From an uncultured delta proteobacterium (lineage in GTDB: Bacteria > Desulfobacterota > Desulfobacteria > Desulfobacterales > QNYZ01), in contig CAWJQU010000005.1 of assembly GCA_963845145.1 (NCBI GenBank), positions 1,184,001 through 1,248,000 of the forward strand: a DNA stretch of 64,000 nt. The letters run 5' to 3'. The position numbers were made by a program, and so were the translations under genes. Position 1 is the first letter of the stretch. Every line of letters begins with the position of its first letter. The notes beneath the pieces are model-generated. The model saw only the letters and a list, made by a program, of their open reading frames with translations. It ran no database searches and had not been told where the DNA came from. Positions 41,132 to 51,141 of the stretch are shown here, one piece after another.

Positions 41132-42421
41132 ATGGAGAAGCATCACCGCATGACAACACCCGTGAAAATAACGCCCCTTAATGCCTGGCACCGCGAAAAA
41201 GGGGGCAACATGGCTGATTTCGGTGGCTACGATATGCCGCTGTGGTATTCATCGGTCAAAGAGGAGCATCTGGCCGTGCTGACCGGTGCCGGTGTTTTCG
41301 ATACGAGCCACATGGCTGCCATCAGCATCACCGGTCCCGGGGCCGCCGCTCTGATTCAGCACTGCTTTACCAATAATTTGGAGGCTTGTGTGGGGCGCAG
41401 CGGGAAACCACTTTCCCCTGGCCGATGCGTGTATGGCGCCTTTTTGGACGAAAACGGGCACACCCTCGACGATGCCATCGTTTTTTTTATGCGGAAGGAT
41501 ACCTATCTGGTGGTGGTTAACGCCGGTATGGGTCGCACGATTTGTGATCATCTTAACCGACATATTGATGGGCGGGATGCCACCGTGGCCGATCTCACCG
41601 ATCGGCTGGGAAAAATAGACATCCAGGGGCCGATGGCGGCCAAGATCCTCGGGGAGGTCCTGGCAGATCCGGAAGTTGTATTTGCCGCGCTGCCCTACTT
41701 CTCCTTTAAAGGGCATTTTGATGACGCCTCGCCTTTAGCCGATACGGTTCGTCTGGACGACGGCACCCCTATTCTTCTGTCGCGCACCGGCTACACCGGC
41801 GAGTTCGGTTTCGAGATTTTCCTGGCGCCGGATAAAATCCGGTATTTATGGGAACGCATCCTTACAGTCGGAGAATCCCACGGTATTAAACCCTGCGGAT
41901 TAGCCGCCCGGGACAGCCTGCGGGCCGGCGCCGTGTTACCTCTATCCCATCAGGATATCAATGGCTGGCCCTTTATCAACCACCCCTGGCCTTTCGCCCT
42001 TCCGTTTACCGATGATCAGGGCGGGTTTACCAAAGACTTCATCGGCCGGGCCGCCTTGGAAAACCCAACGGACGTTGCTTTTACCCAGACCTTTGTGGGT
42101 AAGGACCCGCGCAAGGTTTCAGCCGGGGACGAGTCCCGGGTAATCGATACCGGCGGTCGTGACATTGGGCGGGTGCTCACCTGCGTTACAGACATGGGCA
42201 TCGGTTGCCATGGGGGGCGTATTTTCAGCATTGCCGGCCCAGACCGGCCGGAAGGCTTTAAAGCCAAGGGGGTGTGCTGCGGATTCGTAAAAGTCGATAG
42301 ACCGCTGTCTCTCGGCGAGGAAGTGAATATCGCCGGCCGCCGGCGGACCATTACGGTCACGATCACGGACGATGTGCGTCCCCACCGCACCGCCCGTAAA
42401 CCCATGGCCGATATGATCTGA
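41132..42421 (+). CDS. gcvT: Glycine cleavage aminomethyltransferase T
   Basis: FGGYDMPLWY, FDTSHM, SRTGYTGEFGFE, GLAARDSLR. Confidence 0.92.
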   Translation: MEKHHRMTTPVKITPLNAWHREKGGNMADFGGYDMPLWYSSVKEEHLAVLTGAGVFDTSHMAAISITGPGAAALIQHCFTNNLEACVGRSGKPLSPGRCVYGAFLDENGHTLDDAIVFFMRKDTYLVVVNAGMGRTICDHLNRHIDGRDATVADLTDRLGKIDIQGPMAAKILGEVLADPEVVFAALPYFSFKGHFDDASPLADTVRLDDGTPILLSRTGYTGEFGFEIFLAPDKIRYLWERILTVGESHGIKPCGLAARDSLRAGAVLPLSHQDINGWPFINHPWPFALPFTDDQGGFTKDFIGRAALENPTDVAFTQTFVGKDPRKVSAGDESRVIDTGGRDIGRVLTCVTDMGIGCHGGRIFSIAGPDRPEGFKAKGVCCGFVKVDRPLSLGEEVNIAGRRRTITVTITDDVRPHRTARKPMADMI

Positions 42422-42534
42422 CCCCGTGAGAATCATATATGGCTATCTGTATGGATAACTGCAAGGTTAGCGGCATGGCTTAGCCGGGAACCCGTCGCCG
42501 TGTTCCCATAAAAAAAACTGCAGGGAGGAATAAC

Positions 42535-42933
42535 ATGAAAGAGATCAGCGATCTGATTTTACCGGAAGATGTAACCTACACCGATGATCACGAATGGGCC
42601 AAAGTTGATGGTGATGTGGTGCGTATGGGGGTATCCGATTATGCCCAGGATCAGCTGGGGGATATCGTTTTCGTGGAGTTGCCCGAAGTGGGCAGCACGT
42701 TTGAAAAGGGCGAGGAATTTGGCACAGTGGAATCGGTGAAGGCCGTATCTGAGCTTTACATGCCCATCAGTGGCGAGATAACGGCCATCAACGAAGCCCT
42801 GGCCGATGAACCCGAACAGGTCAATAGCGACCCATACAACGGCGGATGGATGATCGAAGTCAAAGCTGATGATCCCGCCCAAATGGACGCACTTTTATCC
42901 AAGGCCGACTACCTTGAGATGCTGAAAGGATAA
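42535..42933 (+). CDS. gcvH: Glycine cleavage H protein
   Basis: HEW, AQDQLGDIV, VESVKA lipoyl Lys. Confidence 0.96.
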   Translation: MKEISDLILPEDVTYTDDHEWAKVDGDVVRMGVSDYAQDQLGDIVFVELPEVGSTFEKGEEFGTVESVKAVSELYMPISGEITAINEALADEPEQVNSDPYNGGWMIEVKADDPAQMDALLSKADYLEMLKG

Positions 42934-42939
42934 ATCATC

Positions 42940-44274
42940 ATGAGATATCTGCCCCATACCCAGAAAGACATCGATCAGATGCTCCAGGTAGTGGGCGCGG
43001 CGGATCTGGACGCGCTTTTTGCCGGTATTCCCGACAAGTGTCGCCGGAAGGAAGCGATGAATCTGCCCGAGCCTTTGACGGAATGGGAACTCAACGGACA
43101 CATGGATAACCTGGCGGGTCAGATGGGTGCCTCACCGGCCTATAAGGTGTTCATGGGTGCCGGCTCCTACAACCATTACATTCCGGAAATCAGCCGCCAG
43201 CTGCTGCTGAGGGGCGAAATCTTTACCGCCTATACGCCCTATCAGCCGGAGATCAGTCAGGGAACCCTCCAGACCATTTATGAATATCAGACCCTGGTGA
43301 CGCGACTGCTGGGCATGGATGTGGCCAACGCCTCCATGTACGACGGCGCTTCAGGGTTGGCCGAAGCCCTGCTTATGACGATCCGGGTATCCCGCCGTAA
43401 GAAGGTGGCCGTGTCCCGGGCCGTTCATCCCGCGTATCGTAAAGTCGTAGAGACCTATTTTGCCCCAACCGAATATGAAGTGGTTGAGCTTCCCGTGGGT
43501 GCCGACGGCCGCACGGATCTTTCAGGGTTGACGGATTTGGGCGAACTGGCCGGCGTGGCTTTGCAGAGTCCAAACTTTTTTGGTTGTATCGAGGACTTAG
43601 ACACTGCCGGCAAGGCCATCCATGCCGATGCGAAGACCCTGTTCGTGGCGGCCTTCAGCGAGCCCCTGGCCTATGGTCTGCTCAAAAATCCGGGTGCTTG
43701 CGGGGCGGATATCGCCTGTGGCGAGGGCCAGAGTTTTGGTATCCCCCAGAGTTTCGGCGGGCCCGGCCTGGGCATGTTTGCCGCCAAGCAAAAGTATGTG
43801 CGCACCATGCCCGGCCGGCTGATCGGCAAAACGACCGACCGTGACGGCAAAACCGGTTTTGTTTTGACCCTGGCCACCCGCGAGCAGCACATTCGCCGTG
43901 AAAAAGCGACCTCCAACATCTGTTCCAACCAGGGATTGTGCGCCACGGCCGCCACAATGTACATGGCCGCTTTGGGCGGTACCGGTATTCGTGAGCTCTC
44001 CCGACTAAACCGCGACCGGGCAGAATATCTCAAGGCCAGGTTGGCCGAAGCCGGGTACCCGGGTGTTTTTAGTGCGCCGACCTTCAACGAATTCGTGGTT
44101 CGCTTTCCCGACGGGTTTATCGATACCTGGCAGGCGCTATTGGAAAAAAAGATAGTCGCTGGATTGCACCTGGCGCCTTACTACCCGGAATTATCCGATT
44201 GCTGGTTGATGTGCGTGACGGAGACACTATCCAAGGACGATATTGATGGGTTGATAAAGGAGGTCGCCAAATGA
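42940..44274 (+). CDS. gcvPA: Glycine dehydrogenase subunit 1
   Basis: TAYTPYQPEISQG, REQHIRREKATSNIC. Confidence 0.96.
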   Translation: MRYLPHTQKDIDQMLQVVGAADLDALFAGIPDKCRRKEAMNLPEPLTEWELNGHMDNLAGQMGASPAYKVFMGAGSYNHYIPEISRQLLLRGEIFTAYTPYQPEISQGTLQTIYEYQTLVTRLLGMDVANASMYDGASGLAEALLMTIRVSRRKKVAVSRAVHPAYRKVVETYFAPTEYEVVELPVGADGRTDLSGLTDLGELAGVALQSPNFFGCIEDLDTAGKAIHADAKTLFVAAFSEPLAYGLLKNPGACGADIACGEGQSFGIPQSFGGPGLGMFAAKQKYVRTMPGRLIGKTTDRDGKTGFVLTLATREQHIRREKATSNICSNQGLCATAATMYMAALGGTGIRELSRLNRDRAEYLKARLAEAGYPGVFSAPTFNEFVVRFPDGFIDTWQALLEKKIVAGLHLAPYYPELSDCWLMCVTETLSKDDIDGLIKEVAK

Positions 44275-45725
44275 ACGACAAAATGGGAACCACCGGCCTG
44301 ATTTTTAACGAACCCCTTTTATGGGAAAAAGGCTCCTCCGGGCGCAAGGGTATGTCCGTGCCCCGCCGCGACGTGGCCGAAACCGCGCTGGATGCATCAC
44401 TGGTAGGCGAGGGGCCGGATTTTCCGGATCTCTCCGAATTGGACGTGGTGCGCCATTTTACCAAACTCTCCCAGTGGAACTTCGGGGTAGACAGCGGTAT
44501 GTACCCACTGGGGTCCTGTACCATGAAGTACAATCCCAAGACCAACGAGCGCCAAGCGTCCATTCCCGGTTTTGCCGGCGCTCACCCCTTACTGCCGGAA
44601 AGCCTGTCCCAGGGCGCCCTGGCACTGTTGTATGATCTACAATGCCACCTGGGTGAAATTACCGGATTGCCTGCCGTCTCATTACAACCGGCCGCCGGTT
44701 CCCAGGGTGAACTGACCGGTATGCTGATTTTTGCCGCCTATCACAAAGACAAAGGCAAGCCGCGTACCAAAGTGCTTATTCCCGACACGGCTCACGGAAC
44801 CAATCCGGCCAGTGCGGCACTGTGCGGCTTTAAACCCGTAGCGGTCAAATCCGGTCCGGACGGGGTTCTTTTACCCGAAGCGGTGGCCGAACTCATGGAC
44901 GAAGAAACCGCCGGCATCATGATTACCAACCCCAATACCCTGGGATTGTTTGAGGATAACATTCACCGGGTGGCCGATATCGTGCACCAAAAGGGCGGTC
45001 TGGTGTATGGTGATGGTGCCAACATGAATGCCGTTATGGGAATTGTTAATATCGGTTGCACGGGAGTGGATGTGCTTCATTTGAATCTGCACAAGACCTT
45101 TTCTACACCTCATGGCGGCGGCGGACCCGGTGCCGGTCCGGTGTGTGTCACCCCGGAATTGGAACCCTTTCTGCCCGTGCCCAGAATCGTCAAAGATGGT
45201 GATACCTACCGTCTGAAAGAAGACTGTCTGCGTTCCGTGGGTAAGGTGCATGCCTTTTTCGGCAACTTCGGGGTTCTAATTCGGGCCTACAGCTATATTC
45301 TGAGTGTGGGCAGACATCTCAAGGAAGTAAGCCAATACGCCGTACTTAACGCCAACTACATTAAAGAAAGCCTGAAAGAGCACTACCACTTGCCCTATGA
45401 TCGGGCTTGCATGCATGAGTGTGTTTTTACCGACAAGCACCAGCAGGTACATCACGTGGCCACCCTGGACATCGCCAAGCGACTTATGGATCATGGGTTT
45501 CATCCGCCGACCATCTACTTCCCCCTGGTAGTCAGCGGCGCCATCATGATCGAGCCCACTGAATCCGAGTCCAAAGAGACCCTGGACCAGTTCATCGACG
45601 CCATGAAGCAGATCGCCCAGGAGGCCGTAGATTGCCCGGACTGCTTACACGAGTCCCCCCAATTTCCCAAGGTACGGCGCTTGGACGAAACGGCGGCGGC
45701 AAGAAATCCCTGCCTAAAAGGGTAG
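44271..45725 (+). CDS. gcvPB: Glycine dehydrogenase subunit 2
   Basis: PLGSCTMKYNP, HLNLHKTF, IEPTESE. Confidence 0.96.
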   Translation: MNDKMGTTGLIFNEPLLWEKGSSGRKGMSVPRRDVAETALDASLVGEGPDFPDLSELDVVRHFTKLSQWNFGVDSGMYPLGSCTMKYNPKTNERQASIPGFAGAHPLLPESLSQGALALLYDLQCHLGEITGLPAVSLQPAAGSQGELTGMLIFAAYHKDKGKPRTKVLIPDTAHGTNPASAALCGFKPVAVKSGPDGVLLPEAVAELMDEETAGIMITNPNTLGLFEDNIHRVADIVHQKGGLVYGDGANMNAVMGIVNIGCTGVDVLHLNLHKTFSTPHGGGGPGAGPVCVTPELEPFLPVPRIVKDGDTYRLKEDCLRSVGKVHAFFGNFGVLIRAYSYILSVGRHLKEVSQYAVLNANYIKESLKEHYHLPYDRACMHECVFTDKHQQVHHVATLDIAKRLMDHGFHPPTIYFPLVVSGAIMIEPTESESKETLDQFIDAMKQIAQEAVDCPDCLHESPQFPKVRRLDETAAARNPCLKG

Positions 45726-45745
45726 GGTAAGGATAACCAGAAAAT

Positions 45746-45777
45746 GGGGAGGCGGGAGGCCTCCCCTTTAATTTTTT
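45746..45777 (+). terminator. Intrinsic terminator after gcvPB
   Basis: GGGGAGGC-ggag-GCCTCCCC followed by TTTTAATTTTTT. Confidence 0.75.
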
Positions 45778-45880
45778 GGGTTCATCCGATTAATGCGTGC
45801 TTTTTACATCTTCAAGAGACCTACCAATTCTTTTGATTGATAGGCCTAAGGATTCAAGGAGCCTTTTGAGCCAGAAGATT

Positions 45881-46036
45881 GATAGCACAAAATTGAATGA
45901 AAAGCTTTCAACAACCCATCCCGAAATGAATCGTTTTCATGCCTGATGTATCCTGACTTATACTTTAGTTGGCGAACCTGACAGTCAAGTCAGGACTTCG
46001 CTTGACAGTTTGTTATCATAGCCATTCAGAAGCCTG
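45881..46036 (+). repeat. Direct repeat A, copy 1 (156 bp)
   Basis: Aligns without gaps to 56725-56880; 10 mismatches by hand count. Confidence 0.95.
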
Positions 46037-46372
46037 GTTATCTAAGAAATCATCAGAGAAAACGTCGATTGTTTCCCTCTCATCTTTTGTTTGATTCCTT
46101 TTTTGAATGTTAAAATTCTGTATCTTATGCCTGTTTGCAAGCATAGCCGCAATCGAACAAAAATTAATTGTATTCACTATTACAATATGTTGTGGTGTTC
46201 GAAATCCAAGAATTCTTGAAATAATTATAGATATAGTTACAAAACCGTTCTCTGATAGGGGGCGTAGAGGATGATAATATCTTGAATTATCGGCTAAAGT
46301 CTATTTGGAGAGACTTGTTTTGTTGGTTTAACCTGGGGTGCAGCGTTTATTGATTAGTGTTGATCATCAATG

Positions 46373-46412
46373 TTAACAAAAAAATAATCATATATTAACA
46401 CAATCCTAACAT
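46373..46412 (+). promoter_or_regulatory. Tandem Pho boxes upstream of phoU
   Basis: TTAACA/ATAATC/TTAACA/CTAACA at 46373, 46384, 46395, 46406 (11-bp period). Confidence 0.7.
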
Positions 46413-46486
46413 TGCTTTTCTATTCAACTAAAATCACTTTCTCTTAAAAGGCTGATTTGAATATATAATGCATAAAAGGAGAGTAT

Positions 46487-47146
46487 ATGACCAGACATTT
46501 CCAGAAAGAGCTGATAAAAATAAAGAAAATGATCCTCTCGTTAGGTGCAATTGTGGAAGAACGAGTACAGATGGCCAAATCTGCTATAGACGATCGGGAT
46601 GCCGAGTTGGCCAGGCGAATCATCAAACAGGATATTGAAATCGACGAAATGGAGGTGGAGGTAGAAGAGGAGTGCCTCAAGGTTCTGGCCCTTCATCAGC
46701 CGGTAGCTGTGGATCTCCGATTTTTGATCGCTGTCATCAAAATCAATAATGACCTCGAACGCATTGGAGACCAGGCCGTCAATATTGCCGAACGCATGGT
46801 GTTCATCTCCAAGCAGGATCCCACCGATTCTGTTTTTGACTATACGACCATGGCTGAGAAAGCCCAGGTTATGCTAAAGATGAGCTTAGACGCACTGGTC
46901 AACCTGGATGTGGACCTGGCTTTGAAGGTCTGTATATTAGATGATGAAGTTGATGCCATCAAGGTAATTGCCTACAATAAAATTAAGGAAACCATGGCCA
47001 AAGATCCGGCCAATCTAGGGTATTATATCAACCTTCTCTTGATCTCCAGGCATCTAGAACGATTGGCAGATCACACAACCAACATCGCCGAAGAGGTGAT
47101 TTACATGATCGAAGGCGAGATCGTGCGACACGGTATCACCGGATAG
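46487..47146 (+). CDS. phoU: Phosphate signalling protein PhoU
   Basis: HQPVAVDLR, DLERIGD, HLERLADH. Confidence 0.95.
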   Translation: MTRHFQKELIKIKKMILSLGAIVEERVQMAKSAIDDRDAELARRIIKQDIEIDEMEVEVEEECLKVLALHQPVAVDLRFLIAVIKINNDLERIGDQAVNIAERMVFISKQDPTDSVFDYTTMAEKAQVMLKMSLDALVNLDVDLALKVCILDDEVDAIKVIAYNKIKETMAKDPANLGYYINLLLISRHLERLADHTTNIAEEVIYMIEGEIVRHGITG

Positions 47147-47154
47147 GATTAAAT

Positions 47155-47847
47155 ATGTCTAAAGCAAAAATTCTGGTTGTAGATGATGAGGAAGACATTC
47201 TCGAACTCGTAAAATATAATCTCGAAAGAGAAGGCTTCCAAATCAGCTGCTCTGAATCAGGTGAAAAGGCCATGCGAAACATCCATCGGGACTTGCCGGA
47301 TCTGGTGATCCTGGATCTAATGCTGCCAGGAATCGACGGTTTGGAGGTTGCCCGCCGGTTGAAGCAGGATAAGAAGACAGCGGGAATTCCCATTATCATG
47401 TTGACAGCCAAAGGCGAAGAAGCTGATATCGTTACGGGACTCGAGCTGGGAGCCGACGACTACATGACAAAGCCCTTTAGCCCAAGAATCCTTATCGCCA
47501 GAGTCAAAGTGGTTTTACGAAGGAAGTCCAAGGAGGTTGAGGATCCGGACCATATTCTGCAAATTGGCGGACTCACCATTGACCCCCGCCGGCGTTCTGT
47601 CACAGTGGATAACCAGCCTGTAGATCTGACTTATAGCGAGTTTCAGATACTGCAATTTCTGGTAAGAAGACCTGGCTGGGTATTCACACGGTCGCAGATT
47701 GTGGACGCCGTGCGTGGCGATAACTACCCGGTTACCGATAGAAGCGTGGACGTACAGATTGCCGGTCTGCGAAAAAACCTGGGGCAATACAGCAACTATA
47801 TTGAAACCGTTCGGGGTGTTGGATATCGCTTCAAGGAAGACGTATGA
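47155..47847 (+). CDS. phoB: OmpR-family response regulator PhoB
   Basis: REC plus winged helix (RSVDVQI, TVRGVGY); pho context. Confidence 0.88.
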   Translation: MSKAKILVVDDEEDILELVKYNLEREGFQISCSESGEKAMRNIHRDLPDLVILDLMLPGIDGLEVARRLKQDKKTAGIPIIMLTAKGEEADIVTGLELGADDYMTKPFSPRILIARVKVVLRRKSKEVEDPDHILQIGGLTIDPRRRSVTVDNQPVDLTYSEFQILQFLVRRPGWVFTRSQIVDAVRGDNYPVTDRSVDVQIAGLRKNLGQYSNYIETVRGVGYRFKEDV

Positions 47848-49637
47848 AAACGACGCGAAAACTGATCTGGCACATTTATCCGTGGTTTCTACTGATTTCG
47901 CTGCTACCGCTTTTCGCCATCATTTGGTACACTTCCGACACCGGCCGCGAACTTTTTATGAAAGGAACGCGGGCAGATCTGTTGAACCAAGCGCATATCA
48001 TGCAGAACAGTGTCACCCATTTCCTTCAGCAGGACCGTCCGGATGAAGTCGATCGCTTGTGTAAAGAGACCGGGGCGGTTTCCTCCACCCGGTTTACCGT
48101 CATTCTGCCGGACGGCAGGGTCATTGGTGATTCTCAAAAAAATCCGGTCAACATGGATTACCACGGTAATCGTCCTGAAATCTTGAAAGCGCTTAAGACT
48201 GGTACTGGGTCGTCCGAACGTTACTCGGCCACCCTGAACCACCAGATGATGTATGTGGCCCTGCGCTTGTCGAACCAGGAGGGGCAAAATCTCGGTGTTT
48301 TGAGGACGGCCATTCCGGTCACCGCCATCGACAGCGCACTGCATGCCATTGAGATCAAGACTGCTGTGGGAGGGCTCGTAATCGCCTTGCTGGCAGCTAT
48401 GATCAGTCTTTATGTCACGCGCAGAATCAGCAGACCCATAGAAGAAATGAAGTACGGAGCGGAGCTGTTTGCCGGGGGGGACCTCACCCACCGGCTGGCG
48501 GCACCCCCGTCAGCAGAACTGGCCGGACTTGCCGATGCCATGAATACCATGGCCTTGCAGCTCGAAGACCGCATTCAAACGGTTATCAGACAAAGCAACG
48601 AATACGAAGCCGTACTGTCGAGCATGGTCGAAGGCGTTATCGCCATTGATCGGGATGAGACTATTCTCAGCATAAACCAGGCCGCCCTTGATATGCTCAA
48701 AGTCAGATCATCGAAAGCCAGGGGTCGCACCATTCATGAAATTGTTCGTAATCGGCAATTCCTGGCGTTCGTTATTGATTCCCTGGCCGGTAAAACCCTT
48801 GAAGAAAAGGACGTTGAGATCCAGAGGCCTGAAAAACGCATCATCAATATCAGGAGCATGGCCCTGCGCAATGCCGCGAGTGAACATATAGGATCGCTTG
48901 TTGTTCTCAACGACGTCACCAAGATCCGGCACCTTGAAAACATCCGCAAAGATTTCGTGGCCAACGTTTCCCATGAGATCAAAACACCTCTGACAGCGAT
49001 CAAGGGATTTGTTGAAACCCTGCAGCATGGGATGGATAATGATCATAAGGATACCCAGAAATTCTTAGGGATCATCGATAAACACGTCAACCGGCTGAAT
49101 TCCATTGTCGAAGATCTGCTTGCCCTGGCAAGGATCGAACAGATCAATGAAAAAGCCACTGTGGCTCTGGAGAAAAGAAGGCTCAAGAGCCTTATCGAGA
49201 ATGCGGTAAACGTGATTCAACACAGGGCGGATGTGAAAAATATATCTTTAGAGGTCCAAATAAAGAAAGATCCTTACATTATGGTGGATTCCACTCTGTT
49301 TGAGCAGGCCCTGGTGAATCTGTTGGACAATGCCGTGGCCTACAGTCCGGAAAACGAAAAGGTCATCATTTCCGCGGAACAGGAGAAAAAAGAGTTTGTC
49401 ATCAACATAAGCGACCAGGGGATCGGCATTGCCCAGCAGCATCTGCCCAGGCTTTTTGAACGGTTTTACCGGGTGGACAAGGCCAGGAGCCGCAAACACG
49501 GCGGCACAGGCTTAGGACTCGCTATTGTTAAACACATTTCCCAGGCCCACGGTGGAACAGTCACCGTGGAAAGCCAACCCGGCCGAGGCAGTATCTTCAG
49601 CATCCGCATTCCCGCAGATCTTATTGAACAGGAATAG
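47844..49637 (+). CDS. phoR: Phosphate regulon sensor kinase PhoR
   Basis: HAMP-PAS-HisKA (FVANVSHEIKTP), FYRVDKARSR. Confidence 0.9.
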   Translation: MKTTRKLIWHIYPWFLLISLLPLFAIIWYTSDTGRELFMKGTRADLLNQAHIMQNSVTHFLQQDRPDEVDRLCKETGAVSSTRFTVILPDGRVIGDSQKNPVNMDYHGNRPEILKALKTGTGSSERYSATLNHQMMYVALRLSNQEGQNLGVLRTAIPVTAIDSALHAIEIKTAVGGLVIALLAAMISLYVTRRISRPIEEMKYGAELFAGGDLTHRLAAPPSAELAGLADAMNTMALQLEDRIQTVIRQSNEYEAVLSSMVEGVIAIDRDETILSINQAALDMLKVRSSKARGRTIHEIVRNRQFLAFVIDSLAGKTLEEKDVEIQRPEKRIINIRSMALRNAASEHIGSLVVLNDVTKIRHLENIRKDFVANVSHEIKTPLTAIKGFVETLQHGMDNDHKDTQKFLGIIDKHVNRLNSIVEDLLALARIEQINEKATVALEKRRLKSLIENAVNVIQHRADVKNISLEVQIKKDPYIMVDSTLFEQALVNLLDNAVAYSPENEKVIISAEQEKKEFVINISDQGIGIAQQHLPRLFERFYRVDKARSRKHGGTGLGLAIVKHISQAHGGTVTVESQPGRGSIFSIRIPADLIEQE

Positions 49638-49694
49638 GCCTCGAAGCTGCAAAATTCTGGGAGTTCCGGCGCTATCAAGAGGATAAATATAAAT

Positions 49695-49723
49695 CTAGCT
49701 CAATCTTAACATTTCCCTAACAA
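49695..49723 (+). promoter_or_regulatory. Pho box upstream of pstC
   Basis: CTAGCT/TTAACA/CTAACA at 49695, 49706, 49717. Confidence 0.65.
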
Positions 49724-49746
49724 TCCCGCCTTATTATTCTCTCCAA

Positions 49747-51141
49747 ATGAATATTTCACCGACACTCATCATTGCCATGTTGCTGGTACTCTCCAGTGCA
49801 GCTTACATCCTGGGCCGCAAAAGGGCTGTACGGGTTGCTGGCGGTAAATCAGGCATTAAAAAACTGCATTCCCTGCCGACCCATTACGGAGCCCTTACAG
49901 CACTGTGGTGCGGTCTTCCGGCCCTTCTGATTTTCGGTAGCTGGCTGGCCTTCCAGGACACCCTCATAATGAGTTTGGTGGTGAACGACCTACCGGAACG
50001 AATCCGCACTCTTCCCCAGGACCGCCTCAACCTGGTAATCAATGATATCAAAAACCTTGTTTCCGGCAACATCATTTCCGGTGATGTGGATATGGCCATG
50101 ATCAAGGCCGCTGAACACTACCGTGATCTGTTGTCAACCAGCAGGGCTGCCCTGGGCGTGGTGGTTATAGTGGTGGCCATCGCTGGGATCCTGATGATAA
50201 TAAAGCTGATCAAGCCGGAAACACGAGCTCGCAACCAGGTGGAGCGGTTTATCAAGATTCTGCTGGTTGCCTGTTCCACCATCGCCATTTTCACCACCAT
50301 CGGCATCGTTCTGGCGGTCCTATATGAAGCCATCCGTTTTTTTAAAGCAATCCCCATCACTGAATTTTTGTTCGGGTTGGAGTGGCGCCCACAGATAGCC
50401 ATTCGTGAGGACCAGGTAGGCTCTTCCGGCGCCTTTGGTTCCATTCCGGTATTTGCCGGAACCCTGATGATTTCAGCCATTGCCATGTTTATTGCCGTAC
50501 CCATCGGTCTTATGGCGGCCATATACCTTTCCGAGTATGCCGGAAAAAAGGTGCGGGCCACGGTAAAGCCACTAATGGAGATACTGGCGGGTATTCCCAC
50601 CGTGGTTTATGGATTTTTTGCGGCCCTAACCATCGCGCCCTTTATCCGTAACTCGGGCTCATTGATCGGGCTGGATGTGTCATCGGAAAGCGCGCTGGCA
50701 GCCGGGTTAGTCATGGGCATAATGATCATTCCTTTCGTCTCTTCTCTGTCCGACGATGTGATCAATGCGGTCCCGCAAACCCTGCGGGACGGTGCTTACA
50801 GCCTTGGGGCAACCCAATCGGAAACCATCCGGCAGATAATTCTCCCTGCGGCTTTGCCGGGCATTGTGGGCAGCATCCTCCTGGCCGTATCCCGAGCCAT
50901 CGGCGAAACCATGATCGTGGTTATGGCGGCCGGTTTGTCGGCCAACCTGACGGCCAATCCCTTGAAGGCTGTCACAACCGTAACCGTGCAGATTGTGACC
51001 CTGCTGGTGGGCGACCAGGAATTTGACAGCCCCAAGACCCTGGCCGCATTTGCTCTGGGGTTGCTGTTGTTTATCATCACCCTGCTGTTAAATGTGGTTG
51101 CTTTGCAGGTGGTGCGCAAATACCGGGAACAGTATGAATAA
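49747..51141 (+). CDS. pstC: Phosphate ABC permease PstC (long N-terminal type)
   Basis: LAGIPTVVYG, SRAIGETM, GDQEFDS. Confidence 0.95.
   Translation: MNISPTLIIAMLLVLSSAAYILGRKRAVRVAGGKSGIKKLHSLPTHYGALTALWCGLPALLIFGSWLAFQDTLIMSLVVNDLPERIRTLPQDRLNLVINDIKNLVSGNIISGDVDMAMIKAAEHYRDLLSTSRAALGVVVIVVAIAGILMIIKLIKPETRARNQVERFIKILLVACSTIAIFTTIGIVLAVLYEAIRFFKAIPITEFLFGLEWRPQIAIREDQVGSSGAFGSIPVFAGTLMISAIAMFIAVPIGLMAAIYLSEYAGKKVRATVKPLMEILAGIPTVVYGFFAALTIAPFIRNSGSLIGLDVSSESALAAGLVMGIMIIPFVSSLSDDVINAVPQTLRDGAYSLGATQSETIRQIILPAALPGIVGSILLAVSRAIGETMIVVMAAGLSANLTANPLKAVTTVTVQIVTLLVGDQEFDSPKTLAAFALGLLLFIITLLLNVVALQVVRKYREQYE

Noticed and set aside
46179..46198. NrdR-box-like sequence (a similar one near 58660)
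   Set aside because: No ribonucleotide reductase gene nearby, and AT-rich DNA gives chance matches.
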